Below the pieces are notes generated by a model. The model was not told where the DNA came from, made no database searches, and saw nothing but the letters and a program-made list of their open reading frames with translations. Source: Octopus bimaculoides (lineage: Eukaryota). Taken from it: DNA of 42,517 bases. This document shows, piece after piece, positions 20,330 to 30,746 of this stretch; position 1 is the stretch's first letter; every line of letters begins with the position of its first letter. The DNA is taken from positions 86,296,416 through 86,338,932 of the forward strand of contig NC_068982.1 of the NCBI RefSeq assembly GCF_001194135.2, in the 5' to 3' direction. The position numbers and the translations under genes are program-made.

Positions 20330-22975
20330 GAAAATTTTTTTCTACACTTGCTCATTTTGAAAGATGTGCAAATGTGTTAGACAGTGCTGCATCATTGTAG
20401 TTCAGAGTCAGGTGTTCAAATGGCAAAGTGCACTGAATGTTCTCTCAATTGATGCAAAGACAGAATAAGCTGTGAGAGAACTTTGCCATTTGAAAACCTG
20501 GCTCCGTACAACAATGTGCTATAATGCAAGTGCATGAAAACTTGTACAATGAAAATGCTTTGCACATCCTCATGGAAAGTTTCATTGCCAAAACAAGAGT
20601 AGAACATTTTTTGGAATGATTTGAAGCACTTTCCCATATGTACAAAACAGAATAAGCTGCATTAGCATCAACATTTGCTAGAACTAATAACAGCATCAGA
20701 AGCTCTCCATTTTTCAATAATGCCATGCAATGATTTGGGCAGGCCACATGCCAGCAAGGAGTTTGATTTGTGATGACAGTGAGGGCAAGTCAAATAAAGA
20801 AGGCAGGTATTTTGCAAGTTCTTTTTCTCCCACAGCTGACTGCCGATAACGGCAAATCCTCTTGTCCAGAGCGTATGTACATTCCCTCTTCCTGAAAGCA
20901 GCAATTCAATTCATTTTCGACAACACCAATGATACTGAAAATTTTCCAATGCCAGTAATCGATGACAGAGAAAGCGCTCTCTTCAGTAGTTATTGTATTG
21001 AAATGCAGTGGTGTATTCACGGAACAAAAAGTGTTCGGCTTTTTCACAAGGTCAGCAGCGGATATTTCACTAAAATAGTTTTAAAAAACTTTCTCACTTC
21101 TCATTTTTGAAAGAAAGTTCTTCAACTTCTTCAGCTTCAAGCAGACACCAACTGTTGTGCTTGGACACTGTAAGCTATGTACTACAGACTCACATATTCC
21201 AAATAAAGGATCTTTCTGATTTGGCAGGTACCACTTGTTTTCTTAACGAAACACTTTCAAACTTGGAACACTGGTAGAATGTGTCGTATAAAATATCTTT
21301 TACTCTTAGTGTTATTGAGAAAATTTTATTTTTTAAAGCTATTCCGTGTTAAAATTGTCGAATTTCGGTAATTTCAACCAATCACTGACATCTATTGAGG
21401 TGAAAACAATTACTGCTGTGGAATGTAAACAACACATTCTAGCAGTGTAATGGGATCTTTTGCCTTGAATAAAATTAGTGCCGTTGTTTGTCAACAACGA
21501 CTATCGGCGGTACTGTTATTTATGACATTGTTCGTGCGTTTGTACTGGTTTTAGCTTAAGGGTTTTNNNNNNNNNNNNNNNNNNNNNNNNNNNNNNNNNN
21601 NNNNNNNNNNNNNNNNNNNNNNNNNTCATGACCCTAACTCTAACTCTAAAACCCGAACCCTAACCCAAAAGCTAAAACCAGTACAAACGCACGAACGATG
21701 TCATAAATAACAGTACCGCTGATAGTTGTTGTTGACAAACAACGGCACTAATTTTATTCAAGGGAAAAGAACCCATTACACCACTAGAACGTCTTGTTTA
21801 CATTCCACAGCAGTAATTGTTTTCACCTCAATAGATGTCAGTGATTGGTTGAAATTACCGAAATATGACAACTTTTAACATGAAATAACTTCGAATATGA
21901 AAATTTTTCTCTGTTCTATAAGACAAAATATACAAGCATATGAAGTTTTAAAGTGTTTCAGTAGAAAACACACTAAATAAAACATAAATCAGAAAGATCC
22001 CAAATAAATTCCCAGCCACCTTAATATCAAACAAAGTGGAAGTTTTGCCAGATTGGTTCAGCTGTCCTTTGACAGTAGCTTTTATTGTTGCTCATAGCGA
22101 TGTCTCACTCAGAAGCTCCAACAGGAAATCCTCTTATAGTTGCTTTCCACTATTTACAGTGCTGTTGCTCTAATGTATCAACGAGTTGGATACATGGCTT
22201 GTAACTTGACCTCACAACAAAGGCTTGTCCATTGCAATTATCTTCAGAAGAATGGCGCATTGGTGAAGAAAGTTCAGTGCATCAGTTATAATGGCAACTG
22301 TAGAGTCAACTTCTTGGTGGACAAGGTCCAGAGAGTGGTTTCCACAATGTACAAAATATGTACTAGGAAGCATGTCTTTTAATTTCTTGCATCATCAAAT
22401 GAAAAGCAGCATAATTTTGAGCCAAGCAAAATGTTTAAGCAGCAAAAAACATCCATAATAACATTAGTGTCTCTGAAGAGCAGTCTGGAGGATTATAAAA
22501 ACCAAGAAAATCTTTGTGAGTATCCAGGTCTTCAGAAACATAACTGACAATGCCAGAGAAATCAGTAGTACCATCATATATAATACCAATAAACATGGAA
22601 TCTTCAACTTTTTTTCTGATCTCATGCAGGATGTTATGAGAGTATGCCTGTAGGATTTCATTTTGTATGGTACCAGATATGAAATTATCTTAACGTTTAA
22701 GCCACTGACTTACTTCTGCATTGCATTCTTCAACAAGCTCTTTTTCAAGATATATGAAGTTTCCTGTGTCATGTTCATGCCCTTGTAATGCTAGGCTTTG
22801 CCTTTGGCCAAAAGTGCGAACTGCTTTCATGTGGTGACCAGAACAGCTATGTGCAGTGATGTTTCCTGTAATGTTGCCCCAGTTTCATACACAAGTCAAG
22901 AAGGCAGTTTCTTTAGGCATTGTAATTCTGTTATGCCAAACTTCTTCCAGACAAAACCAGCATATAACAGTGGGA
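20330..22975 (-). mobile_element. hAT transposase fossil (ZMYM1/DUF4371-like), interrupted by a foldback element
   Basis: VICWFC..ETAFLT..NW..H, RQSLALQGH..GNF, SGTIQNEIL, IIYDGTTD, DFLGFY, YFVHCGNHSLDL, YPTR, and the dimerisation-domain motif ASIERTFSAL.HLNT.L.TTM. Confidence 0.85.
21208..22000. mobile_element. Foldback/MITE with ~350-bp inverted arms and an 8-9-bp TSD (Mutator- or hAT-type)
   Basis: Termini GGATCTTTCTGATTT / AAATCAGAAAGATCC. The inner arms are near-identical inverted copies. TSD CAAATAAA at 21200-21207 and 22001-22008 (or CCAAATAAA if the terminal C belongs to the flank). A 59-N gap (21567-21625) lies at the centre. Confidence 0.92.
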
Positions 22976-22991
22976 CACTACATGATGAAAA

Positions 22992-23520
22992 CTAACAAAA
23001 AAGAAAGAAAATAGAGGTACTCATGTTCCAAAGGTAAAATGAGGGCTCAGGAGAAGGATAGACAGATGGGATAGAAGGGAAGAAAGACAGAAGAGAAGAA
23101 AGACAGAAGGGAAGAAAGACAGAAGGGGAAAAAAGGAATGGAAAGTGAAAAGATAAGACAAACTGGGGGCCTGAAGTAAATGCTAGGCAAGAGATGAAAA
23201 AACAATACATGTCTAGGCACTAGTCAAGTAGAAAATGGGTGGGCGATATAAAGTTAGATGGTCTTTTGGTATCAAAAAGTGGAGGAAGAGGGACAGGGTG
23301 GAGTAGAAAAGGTTGGAGAAGAGCAGGTAGGAAGAAAGAGGATGTGCAGAGAAAGGGAATAAAGATAGAGAGTAGGTTGACAGAGATGGACAGAGGAAGA
23401 AATGGAAGGTAGTAAAAAGAGAAAGGCAGCAGATAGGTAGAGAGAGAGTCAGATAGAAAAAGATGGTGAAGGTTTTGCACAGATGAGAGGAGAGAAGAAG
23501 GAGAGAGAAATGGATAGAAA
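22992..23520. repeat. Purine-rich (GA) low-complexity tract
   Basis: Dense agaagg/gagaga/gacaga motifs. Confidence 0.75.
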
Positions 23521-23676
23521 ATCACCAAATATTGAACATTGTGTGGGGTCCCACTGAGTAGGAACAGAAGGTGCCGTGTTACATTGACTAATAACCATAA
23601 AATATTGCATAGAAAGTCAACAGATTGTTAGCCACTAAACCTTTTTCTATTTTCTCAACCTGTTTATTTTTGTGTT

Positions 23677-23714
23677 TCTTTCTGTCGAATAGCGTAGGTT
23701 CGAAACGTAAAAGA
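23677..23714 (+). ncRNA. Type I hammerhead-ribozyme-like motif (minimal, with palindromic stem III), slightly degenerate
   Basis: TCTTT-CTGTCGA-A-TAGC-GTAG-GTTC-GAAA-C-GT-A-AAAGA. Stem I TCTTT/AAAGA is perfect, stem III is ACGT, the cleavage triplet is GUA, and the core has one change (A6>U). Confidence 0.65.
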
Positions 23715-23802
23715 CTTTCTCACTTCTCGAGCATTAAACTAATACATCTGTTTGTTGTTTACACACCCATCTTCGTTTTTCGTTTTTTTGTAAATTCTCA
23801 TT

Positions 23803-23804
<2 letters not shown>

Positions 23805-23847
<43 letters not shown>

Positions 23848-23860
23848 TAGATAGATAGAT
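23805..23860. repeat. (AT)n plus (AGAT)n compound microsatellite
   Basis: Direct reading. Confidence 0.95.
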
Positions 23861-24319
23861 ACACACACGGAATGTGACAGACAGACAGACTGAAAAATTG
23901 TACAGAAAGACGACAAAGAAACAATTGAAAAAATTACATACAAGTGGTGATGGCGTAAGATGTATGCTTTGGCATTGGCTGGTGTTGCCTGTATGAATTG
24001 TGCATCTTGTCCCAGGTAAATGAGTGAAATTGCAGTTACTGCATATGCATAGACTCTTGCACTGAGAAAACTGGCATATTTTGAGGTTTTGTGCATTCAT
24101 GGAGGAAAGAAAGGAGGGATTCCTCACTAATTATAGTAGCAGTGGTGGTTATGGTAGTACAGTAGAACATTGTGAAAATGATGATGTTGATGATGGGTCA
24201 GTTGTAGTATTCAGTAGAAATGAAGAATGTGGATAGCTGGATAGTAAAGGGCCTCTCATTGTGGAGTTTAATAAATCATCAACTGTCCTAGTTTTGAGGA
24301 GTGGCCATGGTTGCTGATG

Positions 24320-24320
<1 letters not shown>

Positions 24321-24360
<40 letters not shown>
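24321..24360. repeat. (TA)n microsatellite
   Basis: Direct reading. Confidence 0.95.
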
Positions 24361-24365
<5 letters not shown>

Positions 24366-24475
24366 AGGTTTGGAGGTGATGTACAGGAATTATATATTAG
24401 AAAAAATAATAATCAGGTACTCAGATGTCTGGATAGTTGTATATTTACAGATTTTTATTCATATGTCACATGTTT

Positions 24476-24522
24476 TATAAATTAGCGCTTTCACCTAGTC
24501 TTGTAGGGTTTTCAAATATATA
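24476..24522 (-). ncRNA. Degenerate type I hammerhead motif (pseudo-LTR type)
   Basis: Minus strand TATATAT-TTGAAAA-CCCTA-caagac-TAGGT-GAAA-GCGC-T-A-ATTTATA, with AATAAA about 15 nt downstream. Stem I pairs 6/7 and stem III AGCGCT is palindromic. Confidence 0.55.
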
Positions 24523-24573
24523 TATGTTCTACTGTATGTTCTACTGGGCTAAGGGTTGTCTGAATGCTAACAT

Positions 24574-24771
24574 TAAGAGTGAGTGCTGAAAAGTTCCTGG
24601 CTTAAGGTGTATTGGTAAAGGTTGGAGACCCAACCTTCCAAGTTCTTTTACGGAAGGACCACTACAATAAGTGTGTGAATATGAGAAGGGAATATGCTGA
24701 ATAAAATAATTAACTGATCCTCATGCATTTTCTTTTACTCAAAGCCAGGAACTTTTCAGCATCCCCTCATA
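24574..24771. mobile_element. mariner-type MITE
   Basis: Perfect 20-bp inverted core TGCTGAAAAGTTCCTGGCTT (24584-24603) / AAGCCAGGAACTTTTCAGCA (24742-24761), with TA at both ends. Confidence 0.9.
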
Positions 24772-24869
24772 GAAGTATGCATTGCAATGAATCAGATGAT
24801 TATGTCTCTATAACATAGTGTTTATAAATCAATAACAAGGCAAAAATTATGGTCCTACATTTTTAGGTG

Positions 24870-25860
24870 AGACGATTCTACAGTTCTGAGCAGTGGTGCA
24901 ACTGTTCATGGCACAAAGTGGTTTGAATTTTTTTTAACCATACCAAGTCAACTGAGACCAAAATCAAGACCAAGAAGGTAAAAAAGACAAAGTTTGGTGA
25001 TTGATAAAGTTTAGAGTCATTATACAATGTCACTCTACATTGCTTCATTGCTGGTGTCACTTATGCATTGCTACCATCTTGGTGATATATACACAAAATA
25101 AGGCATCACTGTTCATATCAATCCCCAAATCACACACTGTCATTCCTTTTGACTCAAAGTATCTTTGTTGTGGTGAGTTAGTGCAAGGTGGCTTATAGGA
25201 GAGCACTTGGAATTTTCCTGCTTTAAATTGTATGTCGTTTTCTTCAGTCTATTTATATATATCTAGGTCTTTCTGTAGAAGATTAGCACTAGAAGATTCC
25301 TCAATTATTGTGTTACTTTTGTATCATCAGCATAGCTAATAAGTCTGGCTGTCTGTGTAACTGATGACATGTCCAAGAGAGCCACCATAAACAGCAGCAT
25401 CCCTAAGGTACTCTAATCATTATTACTGTCTCCTTGAAGAGAGCCCCACTGGCTGCCACAGCCTAGATTGTCATTTTAAGAAGTCATGTAACCACTCTCC
25501 CAATTTTCTGACTATGATGAGTGACATATCATCTTGTGATCAAGCCTTATCAAAGACTTTTGCAAAATCCAGATATATCACATTAACATTTGAGTGATTT
25601 ATTATTTATTTCAACAGACAGTCATAATGCTGCAGAAGCTGTGTAAAGTAGCTTCTTCTTGAGCAGAAGCCATGTTGAGTGTCAGGGAGCAAGTCATTAT
25701 CTTCTAGGAATATGTTCAGCTTCATCCTGACAATGCATTCCATGACTTTGCTGACATATGAGGTTACAGAGACAGGCCTATAATTTTTTATGTCTGCTTT
25801 GCTACCTCTTTTATGGGTATGACATATTGTGCCTGTGATACCCCTTTTACCAGTCTGAAA
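24870..25860 (-). mobile_element. CR1/L2-group LINE RT fragment, decayed
   Basis: HKRGSKADIKNYRPVSVTSYVSKVMECIV, TQHGF, VIYLDFAKVFDK, SYADDTK (YADD 25323-25334), QKDLD, CDLGI. Confidence 0.9.
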
Positions 25861-26349
25861 GATGGAGGCTAATAAAAAAGCAAACAATCTATTCTTTTGG
25901 CTTCCATGGCAATCTAAATGCACGAGAATAATTTTCAAAATTACTCTAACTACAGAAAATCTGACAATTGACATGGCAAAAGCATGTGTTTATTTTTATA
26001 AAACTTTTATTAGAACTCTAACAATTAAAGGATAATGTTGTAAATATTAAAAGTAGCATATAAAACAGACTATCAGTTTTGAGTCACACAGATGGAATTT
26101 GAAATGGATAATAACATTTATAAGTATTCTCTGCATTCTTATGCTCAGGGAAAAGTATTGAATTTAATTCTTACTTATCCTACATTACATTATAACAAAT
26201 TCAAATATTTTATATTTGTGTTATGTTGAAGCAATATTACTGCCAGTACAATAATTCAAAACTGAATCCATTAACATTTTTGAAAAACTTCTATTTTAGT
26301 CCTTAATAAGGTACACTATTTTATAAGAAAAAAAACATGGGATAATGTA

Positions 26350-26650
26350 GTCTAAGGATGGGATTTCTTGAAGTGGGTTCAAAAGAACCCAAGGTTCCAT
26401 GAAAAATTCTGGAATATCTTTTAATAAAATTTATTAAAAATAATTCTAATAAACAGATGCTTTTCACCATTTCAATATTGTATTATTTTTCATATGACTA
26501 AATCCTCTTCCTAAAGCAACCTGTTTCACTTCATGTCTTATGAAAATAAGGATGGTGAAGGTTGTCCATTAAATATAGGCATGGCTTTTGGCAATATTTA
26601 GAAAACTGTACAACAGGTTCTGTGCCAAAATATGTTTGGGAACTACTGGT
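26350..26650. mobile_element. Possible hAT-type MITE remnant
   Basis: The right end tttgggaactactg resembles the reverse complement of a CAGTGGTTCCCAAA terminus, and there are internal ggttcca/ggttctg motifs. The left end is unclear. Confidence 0.3.
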
Positions 26651-28010
26651 TTAGGATATACATTTTATTTTAAAAATGGATAGTGTGATCAAGATTATAA
26701 CACTTCATTGAATTTTCTCAACCAGGGTCAACCTTCAGTTAAATGCACTATTTCTTTTAAAATATGAATAGGAATTGCACATACATAAAATTGAAAAAGA
26801 CCACCAAATATTTTGGAAAACTGTCAGGCAATAATTTTCAGGCTGTCTCACAACTCAATATTCAGGTTCTTTTTAGTATACTCCTAATGTACTATTTTAG
26901 TCATGGAGTTTAATATTTTAAAAATACATCAACTTTAATCTTATATATTTCTATTTCAAGCTCAATGTTTTGATAACTAGGAATCTGGCTTTAATGTAAA
27001 TATATTGATCATAAACTATTAGCATTTGCATTTTTGGTAATTAATTTAATTGCAAGTACAATTATTACAATTATTGATATCCTTAATCCAAATTAAATAG
27101 CATAAATTAGTTTTTGACTGTCTATGTTCTCCTTTCCTTTTATTGACCACATTGCCTGTGTTTGTCAGGATTTAAATGGCATAGTTTGTATATTTGGCAC
27201 AGTTAAGTTGAAACATGTAATATGGGGTAGTGCAGTAATGATGACAAAACGATTATGGAGTAAATGATGGGCTAATTCAACTAAGTGACATGTCATGAGT
27301 CTGTTTGAAAGATTCCAGGCCCTAACCAAGTCATAGAAAAGTGTGAGGTATGTGATTTTTGAATGCACCAACATGTTCTCAGGGGATATACTCGCTTTTG
27401 CTGCTGTGTGTGTTGCCACTACCACACTGAATATTTATCTACGTGATAAATTATACCTGTGGGTGCACTCAACAGCACCACATGAGAGAAATCTAATGAA
27501 AGAAATCAAGGTGGACTGGCTGAAGCTGTTAATGCAATAGCTGTGCATGCAGCATTTTGTGATAGTCTAATTGAAGTCTGTGACAATTCATTTACTCTCC
27601 TTTTCAATTTCTTTGCTACTGGCATTTTTCAACCAATGGAGGAGCTCATCTTTGGAGACATTATGTCAAGAAATATGACATAATAAACTAAGGTGACAAT
27701 TGTATGTTAGTAATGAAATGTCAATAAAAAAAGGTAAATAATATCAATATCTTAGAAATTTTTAAGAAAAGCTACTTTGCAAAGAGTTACCTCCCTTCTC
27801 TACAGTAGTCTTACTTACCTCAGGAAAGTGGGTTTTCTGGTCCCAGAGGTCCCATTACTCATTATGTGAAAACTTTTAAGAGTCTGAAACCATCTATGGA
27901 ACATAAGTAATGTATATTCCCAGTTTGAAGAAAATCAGTTGTGAACTTCAGAAGTTATCCAGGTTTACAAACACACATACACAGTGAATTTTACATATTT
28001 AGATACATAT

Positions 28011-28023
28011 ATGTATGTGCGTC

Positions 28024-28099
<76 letters not shown>

Positions 28100-28118
28100 C
28101 GTGTGTGTGTGCGTGTGT

Positions 28119-28158
<40 letters not shown>

Positions 28159-28200
28159 ATGCATGTGTCTGTTTGTGTAAATGTGTGTATATATATATAG
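28011..28200. repeat. (GT)n(AT)n(GT)n compound microsatellite
   Basis: Direct reading. Confidence 0.95.
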
Positions 28201-28490
28201 TATGGCAAGACGCATATGCAGCATAGTGACCGACTTACAGACACACCACATGAGACTAGAGGAACTTAAAAACTTCCTACTAGAACAAAAATACCCACTC
28301 ACCTTAATGGAAAACCTACTAAACAAATATTGCATAAAAAACAGTAAACGCCAAGAAAAAAACTTAAAGAAACACCTAACAAGAGCGAAATTCTCAGCAG
28401 AGAATAAAACCGAATTCTACGTAAAAGAGTGTGGAGATGGTAGATGTGGAACCTGCAGCAACCCCATCTACAAATATATAGAGGCATCAC
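28199..28490 (+). mobile_element. Penelope-like fragment (Neptune-like type), internally deleted
   Basis: YSMARRICSIV..RLEELKNFLLEQKYP..LTRAKF..VKECGDGRCGTC. Confidence 0.8.
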
Positions 28491-28499
28491 CTTTACCTT

Positions 28500-29990
28500 T
28501 GTAACAGTTGACTATGGTGCTGCTACACCAGTTGTTCGTGAACCACCTGATTTACAATATGGGTGACGACCATAATCCACACTGCCAGATATTTTAAGCA
28601 TCTCAGTGGTGATTCCTGATGGGATAGCCGGTAACCTCAGTTGGGTCAACATTTGGCAGACTCTCCTCCTCCCATTCAGCAGTCTTTCATGATGGCATTT
28701 CCAAGCCTCTTTCTTTGCAGAATCATTACATGCAAGTGCACCAGCATCCACATGGACACATTTCTATCCAATGACATCACAATTTTCTCTCACACTGTCT
28801 TGCAATCTGAAACATTTCGCATTCTTTGGTCCTCATGTCCTCATATCACTGAACATTAGCAAACTTCTTTTCTTGGCTAGATATACTTTTCTCCCAGCAT
28901 CCCTTCTGGCAATCTGATACAGTTTCCAGGCCTGTTTCTTAAAGCAAATGGCCCTGTCTACTGCATCGTTCCACCACCATGTTATCCTAGGTCAGGATGG
29001 GACTTTGCACCAGCCACAGATTTGGTCTGTGTCACTTTGCAAGCTATCCCTCAGGAATTCCCAGTTGCCCTCTATGTCACAAGTCTATAGCTCCTCCTCC
29101 CTTTCATCAAATGTTTCTATTAGGATGTCCTTAAATCTCTGACTATATGAAGGGTCGTTAAGCTTCCAAATCCTTCTTTTCCTGATTGGTTTACTTCTTA
29201 GCATCCTTCTGACCTGGAGTCTAAAGTCACTAATAATTAGTCTATGCTAGGGTGGACATTCTTCACCAGAGAGGGTCTTTGTATTTAGGAACAACTATGC
29301 ATCCTGCTGTCTGGTGAGAATGTAATCGATCTGGCTAGTACAGACACCTGACTGGTAGGTTATCAGGTGGCCTGCTGGCTTCTTGAAGTTGGTGTTGAAG
29401 ATCAAAAGGCTATTTGCATCACAGAACTCCAGTAGCTCTTTGTTTTGGGAGCCAAATCCATGGCCTTCATGCACACCATGGAAAATATCAGGCTGCCATA
29501 CAACATGCTCATTGAAATCCCCAGTCACGAAGATGAGATCATTGTCACTCGTCTTTGGGATAGTCTGCAGAAGAATATCATAAAAGTTGTCCTTCTGTTC
29601 ATTTGGTAGGCCTGCTTGAGGGGCATAAACAGAAATAATTGTCATTATACTGTTCTGTAAGACTAGCCTAAGCTTAAGCACTCTATTGCACACTCTAAAT
29701 ACCTCTATGACCTTATCCACCTATTTCTCAGCAAGAAGTATACCCATGCCATCTACTCCGTCACCCCTTCCCAGAAGATTTATACCTATGTGCCTGTGAG
29801 GAACCTGGCTGAAGCTCCTATCCACCTTACTTCATGGATTCAGCATACACCAACACACCTCCATTTAAGCATCTCAACAATCTTGCTATATCTACCTTTC
29901 AATGCGCCTACATTGATAGTACCAACTCTGAAAACTGGCAAAGGTATGTGGGAGAGAACATGGGAAGGAGTGATGTTATTCAGCACCTGA
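28500..29990 (-). mobile_element. RTE-clade LINE 5' part (APE and linker), decayed
   Basis: VGTINVGALKGR, IISVYAPQAG, FVTGDFNEHV, HGFG, LLEFCDANSL..NTNFKK..HLITYQSG..SQIDYIL, HRLIISD, TWWWNDAV, EAWKCHHERLLN. Confidence 0.92.
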
Positions 29991-30330
29991 AAATAAGGTT
30001 TCCACGATCATTTGTTAACAGACATGTCACATCAGTTGTTCTCTCACTTTAACTTACCATCATTCAAAGATGTTAAAAATTGTTGCTCCTATTAAGGGGT
30101 GGGGAGTCGTATGAAAGCATTGTAAATATGAGCATTGTAAATATAAGCATTGAGCTGCTATTGGTTAGTTCATTATGTATAGACAGAAAGAGGTTGGAGG
30201 GATGGAGCTATGCAAGTCATCTGGTGCAGAAGTGAGGCAGAGCCCTGTCAGCATTTCTGGTATGAGAAGAGACTTCTGGTATAAGGGATTTCTGGTAATG
30301 GTGGTGGGGGTGAGAATGGATGGGCACATT

Positions 30331-30729
30331 GCAAACAAGCAATGGCCAATATAACCACACACAAGAGACAGCAGTAAGGGACTTAAGGCCTGTAACAGGG
30401 TGAGGATCATAGCAAAGTATGGAAACATGAGGGATATGTAATACGATTTGAAAAGTTATTGAAAAATTTTAAGAATTATAAGCCTCAAGAGCGATTAAAC
30501 ACTAGAGAAATTTCTTAAACGTAGCTGGGCATTTTGTGTGGTAATCAACATATAGCGGAGGAGGAATGTGAGACTTTGGAAGACCAGAGGGTTCTTTAAA
30601 TAGTTTACAACCGGAAGTGGCGAACAAGCAATGGCCTACATTGCTTGCCACACACAAAAGATAGAGAGAGAGAAAGCAGTAAGGGACATGAGGCCTTTAG
30701 CGAGGCAAAGATCATAGCAAAGTATGGAA
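30331..30729. repeat. Pair of ~100-bp direct repeats (30331-30424 and 30620-30729)
   Basis: gc.aacaagcaatggcc..cacacacaa.aga..gcagtaagggac.t.aggcct.ta.c..gg..a.gatcatagcaaagtatggaa is present in both. Confidence 0.8.
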
Positions 30730-30746
30730 TATGCATTAATTTCAAT

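Noticed and set aside
23734-24127. Cys/His-rich minus ORFs as a zinc finger
   Set aside because: The ligand spacing fits no finger I know, and the ORFs run into microsatellite.
30117-30155. Short tandem (gcattgtaaatat.a) x2.5
   Set aside because: A simple slippage duplication with no further structure.
30610-30620. ETS-type promoter motif ACCGGAAGTG
   Set aside because: A single 10-mer inside a repeat, with no CpG-rich context or downstream gene.
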